In this document: one piece after another, positions 58,501 to 64,000 of the stretch
How the letters are laid out: each line of letters opens with the position of its first letter
How positions within the stretch are numbered: the first letter of the stretch is position 1
IMG/VR virus record: IMGVR_UViG_3300035698_010970
Span: 8,517-72,516 of that record
DNA: 64,000 nt
Strand: one strand, 5' to 3'
From: a virus
Program-made: the position numbers and the translations under genes
Notes under the pieces: generated by a model
What the model saw: the letters and a program-made list of their open reading frames with translations, nothing else
What the model was told of the DNA's origin: nothing
Database searches by the model: none

Positions 58501-60412
58501 AAAGGTTGCCGTCGATTGCGAACTTGAAGACCTCGTCTCCAACAAGCTCAAAGGAATCCCGCACCCGAGAGTATATCTTGGCTTCGGAGGCATAGACAGC
58601 AGGTTTGAGTGCGGTCTGAATGAACCACAAGTTTTGACCGGAGAATCGTCTGCGATCTTCTTTTCCTAGCGTGACCTCCGAACCTTGGGTTCCGAGGTTC
58701 AAATTGACATAAGCTGTTCCGCGCGGGATCTGGAAAGGGAAGCGAGGGATTTCCCCCGCATCATCCACAACACGAATGTTGCCAATCAAACCCCTGTCGT
58801 TGAACAGAAAGAGATCCCAGTCTCCACGAATCTCGCGAACAAGGCCCGAGCCATTTGCTCGAATCCCGGGAGCCAGAGAGGTGTTGGGGATCGTGCCTGT
58901 GCCATCGGTTACGAACTGCACCCCCGACGTGCCTGGGGTCGGCCAAGGGGTCGCATCAGGAATGTAGAGCGGGTTGTCTCCGCTGACCTCCCCCACGTCT
59001 CCAGCGGAGTCCAGGAGCCTTGTGGGCACCTTGGTCTGTAGCGGAACCTGAGTGAGGCTCACTCCAGTATAGCGAGCTTCAGCCCCAAGAAATGCCTTCT
59101 CGAAGGTCGCAGATTCAGGGTCAGCACGGTCGACGTCTGCCTGATTAAACTTGAGCATGCCTGTCGAAGCCGCAACACCGACTTGCCCCTCGTTGATGAC
59201 CAACACGCTAAGGGCTGCCTCTGTCGCGACCACACGAGCCTCAAGGGGTTCGCGGTTTCCGATCTGTATGAAAGGGTAGTCCGTAGGACCCGGGATTGGA
59301 GCAAGGAAAAGAGGCTCTTCTATGGCCGTCTCAAACAAGCCAAGGGCTTCAACTGTACCATCCGTCAGGAAACTTTGATACGAGTACCAGAGAGTTTGGC
59401 CTGCAAACTCCTCCAAGAAAGTAGGGTTGAAGTTGAGACGTCCAGAAGCTGCTCCCATGACCGCGGCTGCGTCTGGAGCGAGATTTCCGAAGTCGTACTC
59501 ACTATTAGCTTCGTCATCCGTGACGACGAGAACCCCTCCAAACCCGGACGTGGCGCTTACGGGTTGAGCAAGCGGAGTGCTGTTAGAGTCGGGGCGCGTT
59601 CCTACTCGCACCATGGAGTAATCGTCAGGAACATTGTTGTTCCCCGGCAAATACTCTCCAACAGGAATCTGGGGGACAGGGTTCAGCTTGTAGTCCTCCT
59701 CGACTAGCAACGCTCCCAGGTTTCTTGGAGGTGAGCCCTTGAGAGGTTCCCACGCAGAGGTAGCTCCGTTCCACTGGAATCGTGTCTGGTACCGATCATT
59801 TTTCGTCCACCAAAAGCGGATAGAGGCTAGGCGGTACGTGATGCTGCGGATTGAATCACCACGGAGGGAGGAAAGCCCTCCTCCGAGGTCCGCTAGGACC
59901 GTGTCGTCGAACTTGACGACATTGCTGACCGGACTGAAGGCGCTATTGCTCCCATTAACTAGGATCTCTTGCCCGTTGTCCCCTCGAACAAGTGTCAGGG
60001 AGTCGAAGCTAGCAATACTACGACTTGCCCCTTCTCGAAGGACAAGACGGTTTGAGCCATCGCTAATGTTAGCAAGCGGAGTGACGCTGCTGATTACCGT
60101 CAGTTGCCCGGGGAGGATGTCTCCCTCGGCATTTGTTGCCGGTGAGTTCTCCACCGTGGAAAGGTTGGCGGTGTTTGCCGCCCAGAGAAGGTACTCGGTT
60201 TGCCCGTCCTCCTCACGACCAAGAGTAGAGGCCCGGTAATGGGCCTCGTACAAACTCACAAGGTCTGGAGATTCCGGCGGGGGGAAAGCGCTCAAACCTG
60301 AGATTCGCTTGTAGTCTTGTTCGACACCATTAACGGCTTCCGCCGAAGTCACCGCATTGGACGGTGAAGTGCGAGGAGCGCGAAGAACAAATCCGTTCAG
60401 AGGGATTCCCAT
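49577..60412 (-). CDS. Giant virion structural protein (baseplate-associated)
   Basis: 3611-aa uninterrupted ORF; repeated Y.ID..sG.l.F-type beta motifs; lies between spike and wedge genes. Confidence 0.8.
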   Translation of the reverse strand: MGIPLNGFVLRAPRTSPSNAVTSAEAVNGVEQDYKRISGLSAFPPPESPDLVSLYEAHYRASTLGREEDGQTEYLLWAANTANLSTVENSPATNAEGDILPGQLTVISSVTPLANISDGSNRLVLREGASRSIASFDSLTLVRGDNGQEILVNGSNSAFSPVSNVVKFDDTVLADLGGGLSSLRGDSIRSITYRLASIRFWWTKNDRYQTRFQWNGATSAWEPLKGSPPRNLGALLVEEDYKLNPVPQIPVGEYLPGNNNVPDDYSMVRVGTRPDSNSTPLAQPVSATSGFGGVLVVTDDEANSEYDFGNLAPDAAAVMGAASGRLNFNPTFLEEFAGQTLWYSYQSFLTDGTVEALGLFETAIEEPLFLAPIPGPTDYPFIQIGNREPLEARVVATEAALSVLVINEGQVGVAASTGMLKFNQADVDRADPESATFEKAFLGAEARYTGVSLTQVPLQTKVPTRLLDSAGDVGEVSGDNPLYIPDATPWPTPGTSGVQFVTDGTGTIPNTSLAPGIRANGSGLVREIRGDWDLFLFNDRGLIGNIRVVDDAGEIPRFPFQIPRGTAYVNLNLGTQGSEVTLGKEDRRRFSGQNLWFIQTALKPAVYASEAKIYSRVRDSFELVGDEVFKFAIDGNLYLWNASANPGGVQTSEGGTFTSSEIAESLNAVITVSGQASVFQGRIVLGTGTVSGGISVGQIEIGFGPGNSRDFSGPRALGFLPGWGVNITAPANPTPTDIHWLSDNGTHLGVFRSPINADGRKKDISDISHTAQLDDVVLSGSISASPVVLLDRVPLEDQPGYNENVFFRLQTGLASQNLEPYEEVVHQFGFRRFVWAEEKSQFSVINVPTTDLQLGAPLVFEQSLRLPGKGLRVSDDGGPFVVQTFGDSYTLLNGDPNAIAQPGIARLTTTVGPRKALGVRGFWIPGATFSDADSETDFVTLGVKRGWHLKIASGPEEVRGTYVVTADASVSDELEVSPPLEASGSGESWELYEVPSEDENNTGIIADVQYLQFNHLQSEPFAIRTLATVGEVPTSPALQKSDRLSANITRALESGRTFQMRFGTPNASPRGTMVALQQVFLGEIINGLLRVPDPAGERFSNGDFSVRVGTKSFTFAEGNLVRVAGAVSSPLAGNLIEVQDGGLLNFGDQVFAELRNAEVYYIEEFASPNASPTILPAGAVEYQISTGLLNFSADDLASYGGENVYFEEQMVTENGQDVTISPIQGSVLFATPLDAGTVIEVEYFRAKAGSGDLDLGEDGNPIKIIENLPFFVDRELATLPALPSSGNPPSDFGKRLNFNPEGKTLRQDLEDAFQVYVGNNLANVGGSASPVVGIDFDANQLILQEPVGADTQVLVTYPVNETFGGEQAFTVSSPPVYRPPFRIPADSDSFILEGNRTADVIPGKVLRVGPSPFYVTSVTYDAGANETAVGVTPKTGKNQDAGTLAPGNDVLTLISDRPVTKAYNPNAAEGIWFNVPNAYEPINKGSLSVVFFGDVTSVAVAGHLIEIGGYPFVVAGSNLNEDGTRTTVDLTSASPTGFASGFDNVRITIRPVYSPSPTEFLGRGPVLSEDSFELILFGETDAAGHLLPGRTLRQSVEYNIDFDSGSVEFLSLQQSPLRSGQVLYLRHTQLDVLAPFVQDGVVVTPRFLASYTRVLNLQGEDGAGVTGEILRAKYTFSNPDNFFYRTVPVLGYLSEVGTDIAQDAVARLPSRGAIAAIPPSIVNHDQGNVGLRAQISDIEDQDRAARIFIDFYNRTIRAFEQVRETITGDIVGDRDGKFQFYVGRDREIPPPGFENAITGDLNRRNVFSELFFAYNRSITHLTRDPLVDPNDASLSGDSVVGSFIDPDLLGELINQQRDLVANDIDDIVLVSRTRKRLRLNPFRLEAFGKYRKTSEPSSFSRLFPESAGAFTLTDPGIGSDLDASPVNPGVYSFLKIKELLNFKGGGGRRRASTFFKSIGDVGNPVLGQLTGISGISVRKRLPRARIFAYSPTGFPEIDISFIGDPRPAVIATVLPLHDFPLRDDGFPDVAQLLANGGDLPDLTTGDPDLLTPAFFTFNSDDRRYPQVTFGRPTGAIVDIVTSKTSSLPFGLDNITLPKRIFVEEILQGCIITFVDDDGDSISTAADILEQGLDEDTAEPLTLERGDTIFIAPPQVDFQSSDPPDNAEKEAQAEGIPNFRVGFDVRVDNGDGEYVDISMPSIRDPLFPVKEIFGQKTPNPLEYLEADVRFSNSLTEPAKIPALTGGFVNDDGDYTLPYLYAQNTELDRLGQAKIAFENLLGLDSPLPGAVYPDEVQGLDGAIVAAQLLTSLDATPVATAGGYAPNSGIGDVAAFDFLFVESPQAGIPFGSQGLLSVGAVSGGAGGSVLEPPRFVTPTALTSRIRYSFRSIQSFINQSPVGNPPGMVINTFGAATTTFDTTSVSPGFQVFNDGQPAGSNGGFNDILSPAGAFAYPNNDNIITIHVWTASDGVNPVVYVGAIELRMNNGAPTAEALFSGLGPQAVAVQPTFEQQMLTVQTAAAFLNVGLGASDVPEDPGNPGFSRPLWFTVDVDTTSASGSSTSGAILGDRLTFQENIDMRSVIERDVGAVDGQPVLSQLSVDFVSGPGSEDITVNAPASVNGGAPFTFLSRSNTFPPVGTFDLFTGIGSVKVPAFEGFSNTPIQETGVTFSALPSSSQDEDGVIAQGVGTCEAASIDPDLDNRVAVDFVDLAAGNLASIEPGDVLVVSQSEAALTSATTKAGTYVVKHAIQPDAAEEFQALELTATSAPLNAGQGWLQLEFPTVTSVNILGLEITLSTARLSNGETAWPATGRLYFLVNTGDIAQTLSVAYTGFNVNTGVFDIVAPVQDANGGGVAIGALLGIEGTYVSGFTAAEVRMDRAGTGLPRNLVGYRQAGAYNSAFGFGEITFENPDLIGSLSFSFAGGPDGDILEGGNPAANEIRVLEHTPVATTTFQIDEDAIVYPSVASLLRWDVSTANWTTLHGGVATAVDCLFPGDRITTSDGVNPGFRAQAGVFLEPTSPRPVLDLTGIASRVVDINNNSALAAVGFRSSTAFGAVSPERVTFEVRRIRRFHLQQDDVAAAIEPLRYVYEIRRGTVASFGAQAVPPTGDVWPFVLRSTGGTQLGGFDDPNVNVNPGDMLRLLDADGNLVDQVEIAAVLDAERILLKAPGIVNVATPNVAGLSFEIYLRFVPVPHEQSNAQLLDLITDRVLFERTGDFSTQEGGYVPAKTDPVEPRGLRDTDTSINFGSLGIEEGDILLIDPSGALSGIGGAIPVTGPEFGVRPFGDRSVPNRTVASVGQQVPFIAGQPSELDDNRGWYRVRETTTAEILVSPASEFSGEFAGDNVTFGSVAEYAVLPTVSASAAAFNSGGQEGQQDLRPTAYAGQLGSPADSFGGNLFSVAPISYRVFRPSPLFSDEAIDLVLLMRERTLSFIEEFNVLFQGRKGGSYFVFQRDAHISDLGNPLIPDEGLGVLSNVFVEGLAGVAQVSPFANATDCLSVLDRRFWVGDTRLDAERPFQQPGAPTYSTFEDNAGNPAAPEGDGRPVLTDLLDDVLDNNDQFRPLRLSWISARVNREDGYIRQITIRERELPKQLRKQANEQKKAKALQDATE

Positions 60413-60419
60413 GAGTGCC

Positions 60420-61001
60420 TCAAAATACTACCGAAGTGCTAACTCCGGCAGAAGGAGATGGAGCCGGCACGACGGGGGCAACCCCACCAAAACCGAATCC
60501 GGTTGCAACTAGAGCGGCGATACCGTTTCCCAGGCCCGTAGCAAGTAGGGGCTGAGAAGGGCCGGTAAGGCCAACTGCTGCCATGTTTGCCAGCAGCAAG
60601 GAGATCAACGTAGCAGGGTTAGACAAAGCAACTTTAGTAGCGTCGGTTCCCGCAGAAACTCCAAACGATAAGCCCAAATACTGAGCCGAAGCGTTGAGAG
60701 TTGCGGAAGTCCCAAGCTCCACAGCTTGTGCAATCACTTGAATCGTCGGGCCTGTCAAGCCTACGGCTGTTAGGCCGCCTACAACCTGCCCAGCTGGAAC
60801 GAAAAACATTTTGCCAGAAGCCACACCAGCTCCGGCAAGACCCACGGTCACGCCAAGCGAGAGTACGTTGGCAGGTATAGGAAGCCAGGCTCCGATAGAG
60901 GTCCCTACGGCCGTAGCAATTTGAGGGAGCTGTTTCGAGGCCGGGAAAGAGGATCCCGCAACCAAAATAGAGGCTGTGAGAGCATTTGGGATGACAGCCA
61001 T
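60420..61001 (-). CDS. Nearly uncharged Ala/Gly-rich protein next to the spike gene
   Basis: 193 aa; repeated AVGLTGP; TAATG overlap with the spike gene. Confidence 0.7.
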   Translation of the reverse strand: MAVIPNALTASILVAGSSFPASKQLPQIATAVGTSIGAWLPIPANVLSLGVTVGLAGAGVASGKMFFVPAGQVVGGLTAVGLTGPTIQVIAQAVELGTSATLNASAQYLGLSFGVSAGTDATKVALSNPATLISLLLANMAAVGLTGPSQPLLATGLGNGIAALVATGFGFGGVAPVVPAPSPSAGVSTSVVF

Positions 61002-63439
61002 TAGGGAATTGGCGGCCCTAGAAGGTGGCCAGGACTTCCCATGCCAAAGAAGGCCAAAGGAAACCCCGAAAGGGGATCGATATCAGAGCTGTTGACAATT
61101 CCGCCTACCGCTCCAGAGCCTCCAAGGATGGTCGTAGCGCCGCTAAGGCGTGCCACACCAGCTGTGCTAACCGTCACAGAAGCAATGCCTCGGAAAGAGG
61201 CTGTGGAGATCGAGGTCATGTTGAGGGTACCAATTGCAGCAAAGGCAGAGATCCCTGCCGCGGTGTTGATCGCGAGGGTGTTGGGACCTGCTTGGGCCGT
61301 GTAGGTTCCTACTCCAGTTCGCCACGTGATGTTGCCGACCACGACGTTTGTGGAGTGACTTCCGATCAAAAAAGTCTCAGAACGGTCTCCAAAGACCATC
61401 TTGTAGACGTCTGTGGGGCCTCCAACGTGCCCTGTCAGGGGGTTTGCTCCAAACGTGACGGAACGTAGGGGGGCATAGGCAGGGTTGAAGTTTTTCGGTC
61501 CCGAGTAGAGCGTGGTTTCTTTTCCGAGAACCGTTCGGTCGATGGTCGTACATTGCTGAGAAAGCTTGTCGGTCAGGATGTTGACCGAGTTTTGGGGAGT
61601 GATGTCTACCTGCTGGCTGTTGGTCAGCTGGATTGTCGACCCACCCTGGATTCGCACATTACGTGCAGCCGTGATGTTGACGCTGCTCGTAGGAGCTTCA
61701 AGGATGATCCCAGGAAGAGCGGCTTCCTCAAGAGAAGTTGGAGTATTCCGAGCCGTTGCGCTTCCTCGTGTCGAGGCTCCTCCTGCAGAAAGACAGATAG
61801 CTCCCGTAGGGGACTGGAAGCAAAAACCAAAGTTATCATCGCCATCCCCTGCAGAAGCGTTGATGCGTAACGGAGATCCCGTCTGGAACTCGATGGCTCC
61901 GCCCGCTTCAACACGAATTCCCCCAGAGGTAGCAATCTCAATCGACCGCTCTTGAGGGGGGCCCGACACGTAAGCTTTAAAACGCCCGTCCTTGGTGAAG
62001 GATGTGAACGTGGGCAAGAAGCCGTTGTCGACGGGGGGAGCAAGCCGAAACAGGGTCGCCGCATGCTCGCTGACGTTGACGTTGAGCGCCGTATCGAAAG
62101 AAGGGCGTAGCGACCCGTCTGCCTCAAAAACGTTCGGACGTAACGGCTGCCCGTACTGGGGTCGGCCTACGGGGGAAAAAGGATCGTTTCCGATGACCGA
62201 ACCAAGGACCCACTCGATGAATGGCCGTTCTCCCGTAGTAAGAGCTGCACCATCTTCGAAACCGGGAGGTAGTCGGTCCATGTCGAAGCCATCTGTTTGC
62301 TCCGTGACAGGAAGACGGCCATCCCATGTATGGTTGACCTCAATGCGATACTCTGTCAGGGTCTCTGCGTCGGCATCTACAGCAGAGTTTGCAGGCCTGG
62401 CATCCTCGCTGTCTGGGTCTGAAGTGGTCGAAACTCGATAGATGGGCTTGCCGTTGTACTCTGCTTCGCTCGTCGTCAAAGACGGATCGATGACGGAACC
62501 ATCGGCTCCGATGAACAGCCCCCGAGTAAGGAGGTTGTACGGGTCCACCGCCGTGGGCGTCACATAACCCGAATCCGGGAACGGGAAGCCTGGATCAATT
62601 TTCGTGAAAGCTCGGTGCGGCTGATAGGTACCCTCCGGCCGAACCGGATCGGACTCAAGAAGGTCCTCTCGAAGAGGGATGCCTTGCAACATCTGAACGG
62701 GTCCATCCCAACGCTTTCCGTCCGAGATGAGCGCTGTCGGGAGGAAGGACGCGTCACGTTGGACCATGCCTACGTAGGACCTCGTTCCCCCTGTGGCGTG
62801 GAACTGCTGAAGAGAGCGGAAGACCATGGCCTGGTCTTGGTCACGCATTCTGAACTCGTCGCCTCGACGGTTCATGATGATGACACCCTCGTCGAGAACT
62901 AGATCCGCACCTTGAGCCGACGAAGCCACGATGTTGCCAGGCATCATGTGACGAAGCTTGTGCCTGTTGCGGGCTGCGATGCCCTCAAGCTCCGACTGCT
63001 GCCTCGTGTTGAAGTTGAACTCGGTCGGCTTGTAGTTCTGCGAAGTTACCCAATCATGCCCAAGCCAGGGATTGGGAATGTTCCAGGTAAGAACAACGGG
63101 AGTCTTGGCAGGCTTAGACGGGAGGTATCCGACAACGCAGTAGGAGCCAACGGTAGGGACCGCTCCAAAGAAATGCCGAGGGCCAGCTCCTGGGTAGGAG
63201 ATAGGGATCGGGGTTCGTACGTAGTACCCGTTCTCTCCTACCAAGATCAGAAGCTGCACGGTGTGCAAGGCATAGTCAACGCGGACAACCCGAGCAAACG
63301 CCAAGGAGTGGGAGCTATCGCCAAGAGAGGGGGCCCCTTCTGTGATCTCCTTACGAGCATGAAAATCCCGCCAGACCTCACCCTGTGTGATCATTTCTGG
63401 AGGAAGATTGGGGGTTCCTTGTTTGAAGTCGTCAGCCAT
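61001..63439 (-). CDS. Baseplate central spike, gp5/gpV/VgrG-like
   Basis: 812 aa; N-terminal OB-fold-like ARVVRVDY...GAVPTVGSYCVVGY and C-terminal short beta-strand repeats. Confidence 0.7.
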   Translation of the reverse strand: MADDFKQGTPNLPPEMITQGEVWRDFHARKEITEGAPSLGDSSHSLAFARVVRVDYALHTVQLLILVGENGYYVRTPIPISYPGAGPRHFFGAVPTVGSYCVVGYLPSKPAKTPVVLTWNIPNPWLGHDWVTSQNYKPTEFNFNTRQQSELEGIAARNRHKLRHMMPGNIVASSAQGADLVLDEGVIIMNRRGDEFRMRDQDQAMVFRSLQQFHATGGTRSYVGMVQRDASFLPTALISDGKRWDGPVQMLQGIPLREDLLESDPVRPEGTYQPHRAFTKIDPGFPFPDSGYVTPTAVDPYNLLTRGLFIGADGSVIDPSLTTSEAEYNGKPIYRVSTTSDPDSEDARPANSAVDADAETLTEYRIEVNHTWDGRLPVTEQTDGFDMDRLPPGFEDGAALTTGERPFIEWVLGSVIGNDPFSPVGRPQYGQPLRPNVFEADGSLRPSFDTALNVNVSEHAATLFRLAPPVDNGFLPTFTSFTKDGRFKAYVSGPPQERSIEIATSGGIRVEAGGAIEFQTGSPLRINASAGDGDDNFGFCFQSPTGAICLSAGGASTRGSATARNTPTSLEEAALPGIILEAPTSSVNITAARNVRIQGGSTIQLTNSQQVDITPQNSVNILTDKLSQQCTTIDRTVLGKETTLYSGPKNFNPAYAPLRSVTFGANPLTGHVGGPTDVYKMVFGDRSETFLIGSHSTNVVVGNITWRTGVGTYTAQAGPNTLAINTAAGISAFAAIGTLNMTSISTASFRGIASVTVSTAGVARLSGATTILGGSGAVGGIVNSSDIDPLSGFPLAFFGMGSPGHLLGPPIP

Positions 63440-64000
63440 CTAGCCTCCTCCCCCTAAGTCGATGTCGCGGAACTCGGCCCCAGAGTCTCGGAGAGTTCTT
63501 GCGATCTCTCGATTCTGTTGCGAGATACCTCGTCTGAAGTTGTTCACCACGTTGCGGATATCCTTGATCGCGCTGAAGGCTTCCGCCAGCCCGGGAGATT
63601 GAGCATCTAGAGTTTGACCTCGTAAAGCTTGACGCTGGGCGAGGTATTCCGGAAGACCGAGGAGGATTTGCTCATTGACCGAAGCAATCGCGGGACTCTC
63701 AGTGGGGCTGATGTCGTTGATGGTCAGGAAGTCGTCCCGAGCGTAGGCTGACAAGAGTAGATCAGAATCTGTTCCCCGGCATCCACACGTTTCGTTGTTG
63801 CGATCTCGAAGGTGAACCTCAAGGTCGGCTAGCTGAGTTGCTGCGTTGACCACCGTGGTCTTTAGGATGCCTTCCCGCAAAGCGTTTGCGGGAAAGTTAG
63901 CCAGCTTCGTCTCTAGCAGTGTTGGGTTCGGGTTGTCAAGCTTCAAGGACTCAAAGCTTGAGTTGTTAAACTCTGCAAGCTCACTAATCGCGTCGGGATC
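63440..64000 (-). CDS. Partial CDS, C-terminus of an upstream tail/hub gene
   Basis: The frame of track ORF 63440..63946 stays open to 64000, so the start lies outside the window. Confidence 0.7.
   Translation of the reverse strand, partial: DPDAISELAEFNNSSFESLKLDNPNPTLLETKLANFPANALREGILKTTVVNAATQLADLEVHLRDRNNETCGCRGTDSDLLLSAYARDDFLTINDISPTESPAIASVNEQILLGLPEYLAQRQALRGQTLDAQSPGLAEAFSAIKDIRNVVNNFRRGISQQNREIARTLRDSGAEFRDIDLGGGG

Noticed and set aside
49577-60412. Giant ORF as tape measure protein
   Set aside because: Pro/Gly/aromatic beta-type composition instead of Ala-rich helical repeats.
13401-63439. Extracellular contractile injection system or tailocin in a bacterial chromosome
   Set aside because: Continuous single-strand gene string with phage-type accessory genes and no housekeeping context fits a large phage better; not fully excluded because no capsid or terminase is in the window.
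1-64000. Numerous plus-strand ORFs of 60-300 aa
   Set aside because: All overlap long minus-strand genes, lack recognisable motifs and look like antisense shadows.
12444-64000. Stop-codon reassignment as seen in some jumbo phages
   Set aside because: Coding density is near complete in the standard code, and TAA, TAG and TGA all end genes at coupled junctions.

Overview
The window is a segment of a large tailed-phage genome, probably a jumbo myovirus. Every credible gene is on the minus strand and reads in the standard genetic code. Reading in transcription order (64000 toward 1): about 51 kb (12444-64000) is a tightly coupled tail/baseplate module. It holds a gp5/VgrG-like spike, a 3611-aa structural protein, gp25-like, baseplate J-like and I-like wedge subunits, several 1000-1900-aa fibre/appendage proteins including two DUF4815/DUF6519-like paralogues, and a holin-like membrane protein, and it ends at an intrinsic terminator. 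The remaining 12 kb is an accessory region. It contains a P-loop kinase, a Lar-like protein, DUF3228, an HExxH protein, a full WGR-helical-catalytic PARP with an intact H-Y-E triad, three Gly-rich paralogues directly upstream of a GroEL-like chaperonin with no groES, a PD-(D/E)xK nuclease plus SNF2 helicase pair, and a peptidoglycan-related pair at the left edge. Two repeated upstream motifs look like two promoter classes. No capsid, terminase, sheath, tRNA, rRNA or CRISPR array was recognised. All family assignments come from motif recognition by eye, not database searches.
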